Assembly (NCBI GenBank): GCA_012295275.1 | Contig: CM022674.1 | Span: 4,216,001 to 4,280,000 of the forward strand | Length of the DNA: 64,000 bases | Direction: 5' to 3' | Source: Chrysomallon squamiferum | Lineage: Eukaryota; Animalia; Mollusca | In this document: one piece after another, positions 12,920-28,860 of the stretch | How positions within the stretch are numbered: the first letter of the stretch is position 1 | Layout of the letters: each line of letters begins with the position of its first letter | Program-made: the position numbers and the translations under genes | Notes under the pieces: model-generated | Seen by the model: only the letters and a program-made list of their open reading frames with translations | What the model was told of the DNA's origin: nothing | The model's database searches: none

Positions 12920-13675
12920 TAAAAAAAAAACAAGGAAAGAAAACGATAAAAAAAAAATGTCGCGGCATTAATTTAGAATGATTTGCGTGAGTAATCTGAC
13001 AGGTTTTTTTTAATTGTACGTCTAGACAAAGAAGGTTATTTTTTTTTGTTTTCGAGTTAGGTAAACTGGATCACAAATTTATCTATCGCTAAGTGAAATG
13101 TTGCCTAATTTTGTCGTATAATTTGATCTTTACGCTAAATGATTGAATCGTTGTTAATAACGCCCAAAGCTCTGAATTAAACTGCTATTTGGTGATAAAC
13201 GTTTTTCTCACGATAAAGAAGGCAGAATTTTTTTTTTTTTTTTGTACGAACCCTTTACGAGGTGTCCTCGTGTCAATCTGTTTGTCTACCTGTCTCTTTC
13301 TCTTTGCAAGAGTATGTATATGTTGTGTGTGTGTGTATGTGTGTGTGTTTGTGTATACACATAAACACATATATATATATGTATGTGTGTGTGTGTGTAT
13401 GTATGTATGTAGATAAATATATGTATGTATGTATGTATGTATGTATATATGTATGTATGTGTATATGACATGTAAATATATATATATATATAAAAATAAA
13501 TAAGCACCGACACACATACATCTAAATATATCTATTTATCTATCTACCTATCTATATGTGTCTGTGTGTAGGTAGGTAGATAGAGAAAGAGAGAAAAACA
13601 AACAGTGAGAGAAAGAGACAAACAGAACGAAAGAGAAAGAGAGAGAGAGAGGGAGCGAGAGAGAGAAAAAAACAA

Positions 13676-13713
<38 letters not shown>

Positions 13714-14617
13714 GTAATTTTCAAATACGGATTAATTATCACTTTGTAATCACCTCTCCTTATTCACTCTTCTTCTTCGTTCCATACAATTTTTTTTTTC
13801 AGAAACTGTAGACATTCACCACGTTATAATAAATCTTTATTTACATCACCGAACCAGCGCGTATCACAAGAACACAATTATATCAGATATTAACTCCCTT
13901 GCAGCCTTTTTTTTTCTTCTTATTTTTTTTTAAAGTCACTTGTATCAGTTTAATAATAAGAAACTATTGATCATCGACACTTTTGAGTTCGTCGTACAAA
14001 AGAGACAAATTATAGACGGAACATATGTTCTCGACAAAACGTGACCGTCACGGCTTTTCAAAGCGGTTTGTTTTGTTACTCAGCTTGAAGAGAAAAATTC
14101 ACGTGGGGAGTGGGTGAGGGGAGGATGTCCTTGTTGCTCAGCTGGTAATTTTCAATGAAAGCTAGCTCCTTGTTAGATAGATGATGTAAACCCTGTAAGA
14201 TTAGTTAGTGTCTGTCGCTAAGGATTGTGGGATAGATTAGAGTCGACGGATATAAATCTGTCAGCGAAGTGATAGTAAGTCCAGATGTGTGTGTATGGGT
14301 GTGTTTATGTACGTGTGTCTGTGTGTGGACAGGTGCGCATTTTTGCGATCCCCCCTCTCAATTCGCACGTGTTTTGGCTGTATTCAGATATCGTTGTATT
14401 ATTTATGCAGACAAGAGAGAGAGAAGACTTCAAAAATATTTTTTTAATTTCGACTGAACTGGTCGTTGTTGGGTCGTGTTCTTTTTCGCGAAGGTTGATA
14501 TAAAAAAAAATGAGTTGCATGAAAAGAAAAGAAATGGGGAAAAATTTATGATGCTATTTTGTTGCCATTATTTTCATGTGTATATATCTGGTGTTTGGTC
14601 TGTGGTATATGTGAGAG

Positions 14618-14652
<35 letters not shown>

Positions 14653-15189
14653 TGATGTGTTATAGTGTAGAGTATGTTTGCTTGTGACTGTTCGTATTGT
14701 ATTTGTTATTGGAACAGAATTGTTGTGTTTTTCATGTCACCTTCTACATCAGGTTGAAAGAATATTGGAGCATCTCAAACACCATTTTCAAAACTGGAAC
14801 AGTTAATTCCATAGACTCTCTTCAAGATAATTCCTAACTGTTACAGTGTTGCGTGTTTTTCATCCACAAACAAATACACAATATCACAGAAGTGCAATAA
14901 ACGCTTCGAGCCATTTTAGAATGAGTACGTCTTTCTATTGTTTCCTTATTTTTCGATATCAAACAAAATCTCAAAATGTTCTATTCATTTATCGCTTCGG
15001 GACCCGCTTTCAGATGTAAAACAATACGCAATTTTTTTTTCTCTCTAACTTCCATTTAGTTCAATTCGTGAACACGAAAGTGCGAGATTAACCTGAAAAT
15101 TAACACTTCAAAAAAATTATCTCTCTCTCCAAGCGTAGGTATTGGATTTGTTTTTATTACCGAAGACAATACAGGTTTCTTTTTTTCTT

Positions 15190-15552
<363 letters not shown>

Positions 15553-16024
15553 ATTTTTTTAATTTCGTCTCATTTTACTGGAAATTCACAGCTCTGACGG
15601 TGCCCATCTAACCAAAGTTAACACACATCTCGTGTTTTGATTACGTTTGTAATGCAGCTGTTTGCCGCGAAACAAGAAGAATGCTCATTTAATACCCAGT
15701 GGACCAAAAAAATATCCGTCACCGCTTATTAGATGTCAAACGAAACAATTTTGATATGTTAAAGTTTACTCAATGACACGCTTCGGCATCATTTAGATTG
15801 CGTAGGTTTCGAGTCCCGAGAGATTCCCCCATTGATATCTGATCAGTGTTTAGAATAATTGTGTATTTTTAGAATTATACGCAGATGGATTGTACAGTGG
15901 TGTTGTTAAGGATAATACATATTTATAAAAAAATGAAAGAAAAGAATAAATACATAAATAAATAAATAGAGAAAGATAGATAGATATGTGTGTGTGTGTG
16001 TATGTGTGTATGTATGTATGTATG

Positions 16025-16068
<44 letters not shown>

Positions 16069-17108
16069 TACACACATACACATACACGCATACATACGTA
16101 CAGATATAGACAGAGAGACAGACAGATAGATAGATATAACCATGTATCTATATACTACAGATTATACCAATACCCATAACGATAATTTAACAAAAAAAAC
16201 CCCATAATTACACTTAACATTTATTACTGCTAACATTAAAACACATTAGCTGAAATTTATACAAATTATTAATTCTTTCATTGAAAATAAGCTAACGAAA
16301 TAACATTATCTAACTGAAAAAATAAAAAAAAAAAAAAATAAAAAAAATAAAAACATTTAACAAATGTTAGTGGGATTTTTTTTTTCTTCCGCGTCCTGTT
16401 ATTTATTATTTAACAAACTTGGCCTTTATCAAACAGCGAACACAAATCTTTCGACCTTTTCCGTGATTCACGTGACGTCGCTTAGCGGCCGAAAACCGAA
16501 AACGGAATAAAACGAAGCGGCTTAGAAAACATAATTGCTACGGTTTTAGCTAACACGACAGATCAGAGTGGTAATACCAGAGGTCTGGGAAGACAATGCA
16601 AGTAAATGATTAGTTTTTCGTAATCTCGACTCCGAGTGCATCAGACACAGTTAATGAAAATAAATTGCACGGGCAAACAATATCATTGTTCCAGCAATCC
16701 AGATATCGCTGTCTGTGTTTGTTCTGCCAGTAAATATGGGCTTGTTTGGAAGACTGCGCAGGTTGCTAGTATCGTTGCTGTCTGCAATGACGATGTTGAT
16801 GGTGCTGTCGATGATGATGACGATAATGTTAACGAAAATAATAATCACATGATGACGATGATGATGATGATGATGATGATAATAATAATAGTAATAATAA
16901 TAATAATAATATGAATAAGAAGAAGAAGAAGAAGAAGACGAAGGAAACGGTACAAAGACATGCACAAATATTTATTTTAAAACTGGATAATTAATCCACA
17001 ACAGTAATTTTTACAAGTATACTTTCCTGAACTTTTAAAAATCATTATGAAGTGTACAGCAGAAGGAATTACAAAAAGAAGAACAAAAAAAAAAAAAAAG
17101 AAAAAAAA

Positions 17109-17140
<32 letters not shown>

Positions 17141-17178
17141 TGATGATGATGATGATGAAGATGAGGATAATAATAATG

Positions 17179-17243
<65 letters not shown>

Positions 17244-17355
17244 GAAATAAAAAAGAAAAGGTATAACTATTTATTATCATAATTACTCATGAACCCAAAC
17301 GAACCACATCCCCTTTCATAACAACGTCAAACCAACAGCAACTCGTAGTCCTTAC

Positions 17356-17640
17356 CTTAAACGCATGCGCGTAAGCCAAAACCGCGTCACTAACGAACTG
17401 GAGTTGTCCTTCCAGCTCGAAGTTGTCTTCCGTTAGCGTTTCGCTTCCGGTACATGCGCGCTTGTAGTTCTCGTTATATGGAGTCCACGGACTTCCGGGA
17501 TACTTGCAACTGAACACCTCCTCCCAGTATTCTATAAACCAGGGATTCCTCGTGTTTGTCCGTGGACGCAGGTTTATAAAGTATTCCTTGAAGCCCTGAA
17601 CTTCGTTAGCTAACGGCTGGACAGTGACCGCACCCTCAAC
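17356..17640 (-). CDS. mtt: exon E (VFT): VEGAVTVQPLANEVQGFKEYF...NTRNPWFIEYWEEVFSC...EGQLQFVSDAVLAYAHAFK
   Basis: ttgcag|GTT acceptor, AAG|gtaagg donor; 285 nt, phase 0-0; RNPWFxExW motif. Confidence 0.96.
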
Positions 17641-18309
17641 CTGCAATGTGAACACGTGATCTCTTAGTCGTGTGTGGGGTGAAGACGCTAATAACAGTTA
17701 TTATTATTAGTATTATTGTTACTTCTGCTGATGATGATCTTATTGGTACTGCTGCTACTATTGCTATTACTATTAATATTGCTACTACTACTACAACTAC
17801 TACTATTATTTATACTGTTATTATTCTACTGCTGTTACTACTGCTATTGCTGCTACTCTGTTACCATACTACTACTACTGTTACTACTGCCACTATTACT
17901 ACTACTAATACAACTACTACAACTACTTCTTGTCTTCTTGTTATTATTATTATTATTATTAGTAGTAGTAGTACTAGTAGTGGTAGTAGTAGTAATAGTA
18001 ATAGTAGTAGCAGAAGTAGTACTAGTATTAATACTATTATTATTATAATATTATTATTATTATGATTATTATAGTTGTTGTTGTTATCGTTTTCTTATTA
18101 TCATTATATAACTATTCTGTTGATAAGCATGTACATATATGTAAATAATTATATAGTGCATACATAATTAGAGACACAAAGATATAGAAACAGTAATAAA
18201 AGCACACAAGATAAATGCATACATACATATACGCAAACACACACACACCGACCCCCCCAGCCATACACACATATACACTCACACGTACATACATACATAG
18301 ATACATACG

Positions 18310-18341
<32 letters not shown>

Positions 18342-18395
18342 TATATATACACACATACATGCATATACATATACTCACACACATACATAATACAG

Positions 18396-18535
<140 letters not shown>

Positions 18536-18683
18536 TAGATAGATAGATATACACAGAAAAAACACACACATATACATACACTACAAATACCACACAGAAC
18601 GTAATATTTGTCAAGATAATTCGTGCATGTATTTCTACCATACACTAACACTGCATCTGTCCTGCTTAGACAAAGACACTCAC

Positions 18684-18826
18684 CACTTGCTCCATTCCTC
18701 GAAATGCTAGCCCTCTCCCGCCCCACCCGTCACTCCCTATCCAGGCGAATGTCCCTGTCTGTCCCTGTCTCTTGACAGCTTTCATCAGCTGTCCCACTTC
18801 TTGGTCTGAGCCGAATATTATAACAC
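18684..18826 (-). CDS. mtt: exon D (VFT): (G)VIIFGSDQEVGQLMKAVKRQGQTGTFAWIGSDGWGGRGLAFRGMEQV
   Basis: tttcag|GT acceptor, GTG|gtgagt donor; 143 nt, phase 1 to 0; WIGSDGW motif. Confidence 0.94.
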
Positions 18827-19197
18827 CTGAAAATAGTAGTTTAACAGAGGTGGTATTAAACATCAGTTGTTAGTTTTCATACGTGTGTATAGAATAAAAA
18901 TAATAATAATTTCGAGAGTCAGTGTTTTGAGATGCAGAAAAACACGTATACGTGTATGTGTATGTACACACAAACACACACACACACGCACACACATACA
19001 TACAGAGACACACATATACAAATATATAGATAGATATATGTGTGTATGTTCTATCTCTCTCTGTTTTATATATATAAATACACATACACACATATACACA
19101 TATCACATGCATACACATTCATAGACAGACATGCACATTATATACATGTGTATACAATATGAGAGTGACTGGTCTCTTTTTTATTTATTTATTTTTA

Positions 19198-19233
<36 letters not shown>

Positions 19234-19504
19234 GATTATTATCTTTGTGTGTGGGTCTATCTATATCTATCTATAAATTAACGGTTTCAGTGCTACATCT
19301 GGTGTAAATGGAATATGGAGACGGTCGATAAGGGCATATCAAATTCTTAATGTTATCAAACAGATCGTCATAATCAACAATCATGTTTGATAGTTAATAA
19401 CAACAGTAATAATGATAAAGATGAAGGCGATAATGACGATGCTATTGATAATAACAGTAACAAAGAATAGTATCAGAGACAACGACAACAGTAACAACGT
19501 CAGC

Positions 19505-19541
<37 letters not shown>

Positions 19542-19919
19542 TCCATAATGGACATATTGCGTAATTGGAAATCTTCACAAAAATGTACGTAAAAGCGAGA
19601 AAATAAGCTGTTACAGAGCTGTCAAGGCCTCTTTGATTTACGAAAAACTATTTGATAATAAATATTCCTCGTTTTAATGTGGTTGCTATTTATGAGACAC
19701 GGTAATAGGAGCACTTGATTATACGGATATTGAGTAACAAAGTGGATGCGAAAAAAGAAATAGAGACAGAGAGAAAAAAAGAAGAGATAATTCAGAAGAA
19801 AAATACAACAACAAAAAAACAACGAAGAAAGGTAATATAATATAATTACTGAGAGAGAGAGGGAGAAAGAGAGAGAGAGAAAGCAAGAGAGTGACAGGGA
19901 AGTAGATAGAGACAAAGAC

Positions 19920-20567
<648 letters not shown>

Positions 20568-21589
20568 CCAGCTGAGCGAAAACAACAGGGAGACAGAGAG
20601 TGGAGAATAACAATGGATATTTCACCATTAATCTCTATAATACGTCAGATCGTTGATGCGTTCGTAGGAAACGATTCCGAGAGCGCGACCACACGAAGAT
20701 GGAATCTGGCGCCTGTGGAGAAAAGCTGTTGTCATCAATTTCGTATTACACGTCATCGCAGTAGCAGAGTGGCAAGGATATTACGTTAGAGTCGTCGTCG
20801 TAGTAGTAGGAAGGAAATAAAAAATGATTACCCCGAACTGCAGCGATGAATAATAATATATGACTTTTAAAACCGTAGTTTGGGGAAAAAAAAAAAATAT
20901 ATATATATATCACATTGCTGTAATGTAGATTGAGCATAGTGTTTTATAAATCAAATGTTACGTTTAAAGGCATAATTTGAGAAGAATAAAGATTATTTAC
21001 ACGTTAATGTAGTGTTGAAGGCTATATGACTTCATAACTGTAGTTTAGGAGGTAATAACACATGCAATAACCGTGTAGTAAAGGATGTTATGTTATAGCA
21101 ATGCAGAAGAAAAAAATATTTCATTATAAATGGAATGTTACGTTAGTTAGCGGCATGGTTTGAGGAAAATAAAAATTATCACACGTTATTACTGTTATAA
21201 GGAATCATTACGTTATTACCGAGGTTCGAAGGAAATGTTATTTCATAGTAACTTGAAGAAAAAGCTAATTATAAAGGTGTTGAGACGTGTAAGAAATATA
21301 TCATGTAAAGGTTATGCATAAAGGTAATTATTGCACAGTGTAATTGTTTTAAATAAAATATCAAAGTTAAGGCCCCGAAGAAGATAATATTACCGTGTAG
21401 AGAAAATATTACACTTGATGTCCATTCGTGAAGAAAAATATTACCTCTCTGATGTTAATATAGGAAAAAAGTAACTTTTTTTTTTTATTGTTGTTTGTTT
21501 TTGCTCTTTATTTAACGACTTTGTTTGAGCAATTCTTTGCTCGCTTTATTACACAGTAATAACGATATGTCTGTGCTACATTTTCTTTG

Positions 21590-21684
<95 letters not shown>

Positions 21685-21985
21685 TTGTGTGTATGTGTGT
21701 GTGTGTGTGTGTGAGTTTGTGTGTGTAGGTCTAAAGCATTTTTTTTTTTTAAATGCCGATGTCAAGAGAAAAAAAAAAGACAAAGATAAAAGAAAACGAA
21801 AATAGGGACGTGAGAAAAAATAATGAGGATCAAAGAAATATGAAAAAAGAATAACAAGAAGATGCAAAAGAAGAAAAACAACAAGAAGAGAAGACAGGAA
21901 TACCAAGCAAGAATCAAAGATAAACCAAACAAACAAATAAATAAATAAACAAACAAACAAACAAACAAACAAACAAACAAATAAA

Positions 21986-22085
<100 letters not shown>

Positions 22086-22224
22086 CAACAATAATAATAA
22101 TAATAATCACATTATGAAGACTGATAATAAGAATAAGATAAATTTAGTTTTTTTTCTTTTTCTTTCTTTCTTTCTTTCTTTCTTTATTTATTTATATTTA
22201 TTTTTATATTCATTTATTTATTAC

Positions 22225-22366
22225 CTCTGGCATTTGTTTTGAGGAGGTTTTTCACGATCTGATCATAGGCCTCATCTGGTGCTACACCTGAGTCTTTTAA
22301 CAACGTTTCTGTAGCAGCCTTGCAAATCCCGTTCTCATTGAGTAACTTAGACAGCTCGTTAAACCC
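22225..22366 (-). CDS. mtt: exon C (VFT): GFNELSKLLNENGICKAATETLLKDSGVAPDEAYDQIVKNLLKTNAR(G)
   Basis: ttacag|GGG acceptor, AGAG|gtaata donor; 142 nt, phase 0 to 1. Confidence 0.93.
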
Positions 22367-22440
22367 CTGTAATAACAATAACAATAACAATAATAATAAC
22401 AATAACAATAATAATAATAATAATAATAATAACATTAGTA

Positions 22441-22480
<40 letters not shown>

Positions 22481-22932
22481 TGATGATGATAATGATTATG
22501 ATGATGAATATGGTTAATGAAAAGTAAAAGAACAAAACTATATTTAAGTAATGTAAAATATCGTAACACTAAGTAAAATAACGTACAATAACACAACAAA
22601 TACAGTAACGTAAAATAACGTAACTGATGGTAAAATGTAAATATTACGAAACAATGTGTAATATGACGTAAAATAACGTAACAAATGTCAAATTATCGTA
22701 AATATGACGTAGCACAATGTAATATAACGTACTTTAACATAACAGAAAATAATATAAGGTGAAATAACGTAAGTGTCATACAATAATATAAAAAATAATA
22801 TAATCCTGTATGATAAAATATAATTTTGGTACAAAAAATTTAATATACTTCTAAATGAATATAAAACACGAAACGAATACAGAAAAAACTAATAGAATTC
22901 AGACTTAATAATCAGATGAAGTACTAACTTAA

Positions 22933-23022
<90 letters not shown>

Positions 23023-23108
23023 GCCAAATGAAACATCTGGTGACATACCCTATACTAGAATTAATTAAAATACTACACGTGTTTCGCCTGTATATACAAG
23101 ATACAAAT

Positions 23109-23153
<45 letters not shown>

Positions 23154-24429
23154 AATAATGACTGTAAAGAAAAAATGTAATTAACAAAAGTGACAGGTGT
23201 GGTTTCTTATTTACACACACATCGTTAAATCTATCCGAAATCATTATTATTATTATTTTTTTCTATCAGAATACTAAATATAGCAACAAATCATAATGCA
23301 ATAAAAAAGAAAAAAAAAAAAAAAAAAAAAAAGAAAAGAAAAATATATTTACGAGTAACACGCCCAATTATTCCAATCTCCTTAAAGGTTCTCAACAACA
23401 GCGAATGTTTCTTCGTCAGATATTCGACAAGTGTATTTAAGTTATTACGTGTATATATATTTATATAGCTATTGCAAGATTATATAAGCACCGAATGACT
23501 CTGAAATATCGTCAAAGTATACTGCAAATGTGTCTACGGTCAGAGGTACTTATAACACTGGCAGCCAAAAAGACGTAGCAATTAATTTTTGTTAACAGGA
23601 GGCCTTTGTACTTACACGAAAATAGCGAGCTTTAGCTGTTTGTTCTAGACTGGTGGGTGATATAAATAAAAATGACGTCCACAAAAGCGTGAAAGGCATT
23701 TTATTAATCCTTAATTTGTTTGCACTCGGAAAACAAATGATTGCGTTGGGTCGATATTACATTATCCCAAAATCAGACTCGAGTCCAAACCAAACAAGGG
23801 ACTGCAGTTCAGAAGAAAGGTTTTACTGGACTTTGGCGACTTAGGTATGCAGGATCAAACCTCTTCGGTACTAGCGTTGTTCTGACGTTGTCCAGGGTTT
23901 GAGATATTCCATAATTTTCGATGAAGCAAACAAATACAATGAAAATAGAGTTGTGATAAATCTACACTATCACAGAGCTGTAAGTGGTGAGTTTGAAGGA
24001 TTACTGGTTTCACTAAACTCAACAAATACTCAATCTGAAGTATATCTGATACAAACTAAACTGCATAAGTATGAAAGGATAAATTTTTGAAACTTGTTTT
24101 GGTAACAGGAAATGGAAATTGAAATTATAGGTGTAATAAATGTAAAATAATAATAATAATAATAAGCAGAGAGAAATTCGAAGTATACCTAATAATAAAA
24201 TATATGGCAGTACGACATGAATTTTTGTAAACTTGAATCAATAGACTGAACAGTATGTATGATTGGTAAAGCATAATATACAGAAAAAAACGATTGAATA
24301 AAAAATAATAAAAAAACATTTGAAAATAACCTAACAACAACAAAAGACAATAAATATTGCAGAATATCTAATGATTATATACATATGAACAACAGTGAAT
24401 AATGAATTTGATGTATACCACATTAACAA

Positions 24430-25238
24430 TACCGAATTTGATGAACAACAATAAACAAAGTTCATGATGTACAACAGATAATACCATTATGTATTAAATA
24501 ATAAGTATAAGGTATTCATTTTAACAGTAGACACACCAGAGAGGTAACATATTTAAGAACTGAATTTGACGTAGTACAAACACAAATAATACAAAACACA
24601 GATAATAACAATGTGCATTAAATACTTAAATAACGAATTTGGCCTACATTCTTTATAAAATCACATGCGTAAGACAACAGTACGAAATACTGAATTTGAA
24701 GTATACCAGACAATAACAATGTACGTTAAACACTAAAAATGAAGCATTGTTAAATATTCAAATACTGTATTTTGTAAAATCACGTACCAGACAAAATAAA
24801 CTTGAAGTATACAATATACATTAAACACCAAATACGAAGCATGCCTGTTAAACACTCAAATACTGAATTTGACGTACTTTTTGTAAAACCACACACATCA
24901 GTCAGTAGTTGCGAAATACTGAATTTGAAGTATACCAGACAATAACAATATACATTAAATACTAAATATAAAGCATTCAAATACTGAATTTGACGTGCTT
25001 TTTGTACTTTTTGTAAAACCACATACGTCAGTCAGTAGTTGCGAAATACTGAACTTGAAGTATACCAGACAATAACAATATACGTTAAACACTAAATATG
25101 AAGCATGCCTGTTAAATATTCAAATACTGAATCTGACGTACTTTTTGTAAAATCACGTAAACATTTAGTCAAAATCACGTAATGAAATACTGAATTTGAC
25201 GTTACCTTCAGTCAGTAATGAAATGAATTCGACGTTAC
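24430..25238. repeat. degenerate ~130-bp tandem repeat abutting the exon B donor
   Basis: Recurrent aaatactgaatttga(a/c)gta, ccagacaataacaata and tcagtcagtagttgcg blocks. Confidence 0.85.
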
Positions 25239-25409
25239 CTGTATTCCGTAACTGGATTCTTCGTAGACCAGGGACACGTACGTCCATTTCAGCATCTTGA
25301 CGAGTTCCACGATGGCCTGCGCCTGGTTCACGTCAGAGGGGATGGTTCTGAGAAAATAGGGAAATCTCTCTCTGTTACTGAGCACGGAACTTGTGGAAAA
25401 GAAACTAAT
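25239..25409 (-). CDS. mtt: exon B (VFT ligand pocket): ISFFSTSSVLSNRERFPYFLRTIPSDVNQAQAIVELVKMLKWTYVSLVYEESSYGIQ
   Basis: ctttcag|ATT acceptor, CAG|gtaacg donor; 171 nt, phase 0-0; continues IPQ|IS..ST..LS...F.YF.RT.P.D. Not in the ORF track; read from the sequence. Confidence 0.95.
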
Positions 25410-27775
25410 CTGAAAGTGCGAAGAAGAGCTGAGGTTACTTTTAGTTTTACTTACGAATGGATTTTTAGCGATATATATTTTTTTTTTACCTTTTAATTGT
25501 TTTTTTTAGATGTTAGACGTTAGACGTAATTATTATTATTATTATTATTATAATTATTATTATTATTATTACTAGTAGTAGTAGTAGCAGTAGTAGTAGT
25601 AGTAATAATAGTAATAGTAATAGTAGTATTATTAATAATAAGAATAATAAGAACGATAATCGTGATATCAAACAAACAAACAAACAAACAAATAAATAAA
25701 TAAATAAAAATATTAAGATTAATCTTCTATTATTAGAATGCATTCAAAACTAATTGATGCTAAAATATAGAATAAAAAAAAAAAAAAAAAACACTCAGTC
25801 GAAATTCTCTCTATCATAGTTAAGAATATTATATATATATATAACCGAAAAGATAAATAAAAAAAAAAAAAAAAATAATAATAATAAAAAAAAAGCAATA
25901 ATAATAATATATGAAATAATGTTATCACAATTATGCTTCTTGGTTGATTAGCTTGCATATGTTTGTATTAATTTATTATACTGAAAGTGTTCATTACAAC
26001 GCCGCTAATCTTTAGATTTTTCTAAGGAAGGTATTATCTACGACTCTACGTCATTGTTCGTTGAAAACTGATATTGACTGAACGTCGCATTTCGTTGTCG
26101 CAAACTCCCTTTACGTCGCATTTTGTTAACGTAAGCAGGCGATGTGTCGCAGTTTGTTTGTGCAGTTGTTGTTGTTGCTGCTTTAGCTTAACGTTAAATA
26201 TAAAGTCTTACTTCATTTTATTAGTTAAGAAGTAGATTTTTCTACAAAAAAAAAAAAAACAAACAAACAACATATTTTTTCGTCTTATTTACAAAATTAA
26301 TTAAAATTCAACCTTCATTATTAGAATTATTTTCTTCTATTTTATTTCGTTTTTTTGTTTGTTTTTTTCTAATAATAAATTATATGTTAACTTCTAGATT
26401 CATACTATTTTTGGTTTTCACTTAAAAACATACACACACAGACAGATAGATACCTACGTACGTACGCACACACACACACACATACACGTACATACATCCA
26501 TACGTAACAAATGCACACATACTCATCCATACATTGTATACGTTATATATGATATATGAGAGGTTATTCAGCCAAATACAATTTCATAGACTCTTCCTTT
26601 ACGATCTACGCAAATCTGCAAATGTTAATAGAATATTTACGCAAATCGCTGGACTTACGTCTATTTTTCTTTAAAAATTACGGGCTTATATGAGACATTT
26701 ATACGTCTAAATAAAAGGTTTAGTGAAATGACGACTAACAAATCCAATGATAACATAATTGCAGTATCAGTAGCGAAAAATTAGAGTCGTTATTTATTCC
26801 GAGGAAAACACGAGATCGATAACGCAGTTAGTTGTATTTGCTACGTTTGAAATTTAACTACTCACGTGAAAATTGTTCTTTGTTATAAGACGTAAGAGAT
26901 TAATTCCAGGTCAATCCATTGGGAGTTGCTTATTAGGACACAGAATATTACAAAATGCTGAAAGCGTGGTAGTTAGGAAATAAAAAAACAAATACAAAAA
27001 CAAATTAAAAAACAAACAAATAAAACAAAAACAGAAGATTAGACGAAATAAGGATTACATAAAAAAAAAAAAATTAATATTAAAGGTTATATCAAAAATA
27101 AAGATGTCAGATTAAATGAATTAAGGATTATAGAAAAACAAATATACGTGTGGGTAAATTAAGTAAATTAAAGATTATAAGCCAAAATTAAAAACTGCAA
27201 AGACAAATCTAATTACGATTACAAGAAAATAAAGATTGCTTAGATTAAACGAAACGAGAATTATATGAAAATGAAGAAAAAAAGCGTAGAACGAATTAAA
27301 GACTATACGGAAATAAAGACGACACGGTTATAAAAAAAAGATAACTAGGAATTATGTGGATTTTTGCTAAGGCTGAGAACAACTTTATTTTTAATGACTG
27401 TTCTAGACGGGATAAATTTCTAAATGATTGTTAGGGACCTGCTACTTAACATCACTTCTTTGTAAAGAAGAAATTTTATTTCTTTCGGATTGTAAACGAT
27501 AAAAGCCTGTATGAATTAAAAACTGAAGCCTGTGGCATAATAATTAACAAACTCGAAGAATAAAACGCGATTTTTATTGCAGTCGCTGGATAAGTGCGCT
27601 TATTGTAAAATAAAACGTAACACAATAACTCCAAGAATTGTCCTCTGTAGCGAAAGATTCTATTTTTGCGGGATCTGTGAATAATAAAAGTTTCTCTTAA
27701 CAAAAACCCCGTTAATGACGAAGCTAGACGGAAGAAGAATCACGTTTTTATTGAACTTCGAGATAGCGGAGGTTA

Positions 27776-27811
<36 letters not shown>

Positions 27812-28105
27812 TCTTCTTTGCGGTCGATATAAAAAAAAAAAAAAAAAAAAAATGTCGACAGCGGTTATGTCGAAGACAGTGTCATAAAAATGATAAAGGA
27901 AACAACGGGAGGGAATTCAAAACAAACTAATCATGATATCTGAACCGTGAAAGTGTTTCAGCCTGATCCCTGGGTACTCATATCGTGGTGACAAAAAATA
28001 ACAAATTCTCTTTTGTAACTATAACGAGCCTGGTTCATATGTACCCAAAGTACAAACGATAAAGTTAGTACAGTTGAGTCGGAGGGGGGGGAAAGAGAGA
28101 GAGAG

Positions 28106-28199
<94 letters not shown>

Positions 28200-28342
28200 A
28201 TTCAGGCATGAAGAGAGATAGAGAAACAGTGACATACAGAGCTTGTGAGATAGACAATAGAGAGAGAGAGAGAGAAAGAGAGACTGAAATGCAGATGGAC
28301 AGATAGATATGCAAAGAGATAGATAAAGATATATATATATAT

Positions 28343-28452
28343 CATCTAAAACCCATTAAAAGGTAAAAAAAAATATATCGCTAAAAATCCATTCGTAAGT
28401 AAAACTAAAAGTAACCTCAGCTCTTCTTCGCACTTTCAGATAAGTTTCTTTT
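28343..28452. repeat. inverted copy of exon B 3' splice-site region (partner 25397-25512)
   Basis: 28379-28441 (cgctaaaaatcc...gcactttcagat) is the exact reverse complement of 25408-25470. The match continues with one mismatch into the exon and with small indels outward. Confidence 0.95.
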
Positions 28453-28454
28453 TT

Positions 28455-28570
28455 ATATATTTTTTATTTTTTTATTTTTTTATCCTTCTTTTTGCCTGCC
28501 TTTTCAGACGGTCTATCTCACTGTATATATATATCTCTCTCTGTATCATTCTGTTTATCTCTCTATTTAT

Positions 28571-28601
<31 letters not shown>

Positions 28602-28649
28602 TTATATATATATATATATATATATCTATTTATTCTGTCTATCTGTCTG

Positions 28650-28706
<57 letters not shown>

Positions 28707-28782
28707 ATATCTATCTATCTTTATATATATGTATATAGATAGAGAGACAGACAGAATAAATAGAAAGATAAACAGACTGACA

Positions 28783-28814
<32 letters not shown>

Positions 28815-28860
28815 AATAGACAATGAGACAAATCGCCTGAGAAGGCAGACAAAAAGAAGG

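Noticed and set aside
15800-15820. ggtttcgagtcccg B-box-like motif
   Set aside because: No A-box or cloverleaf; insufficient for a tRNA or SINE call.
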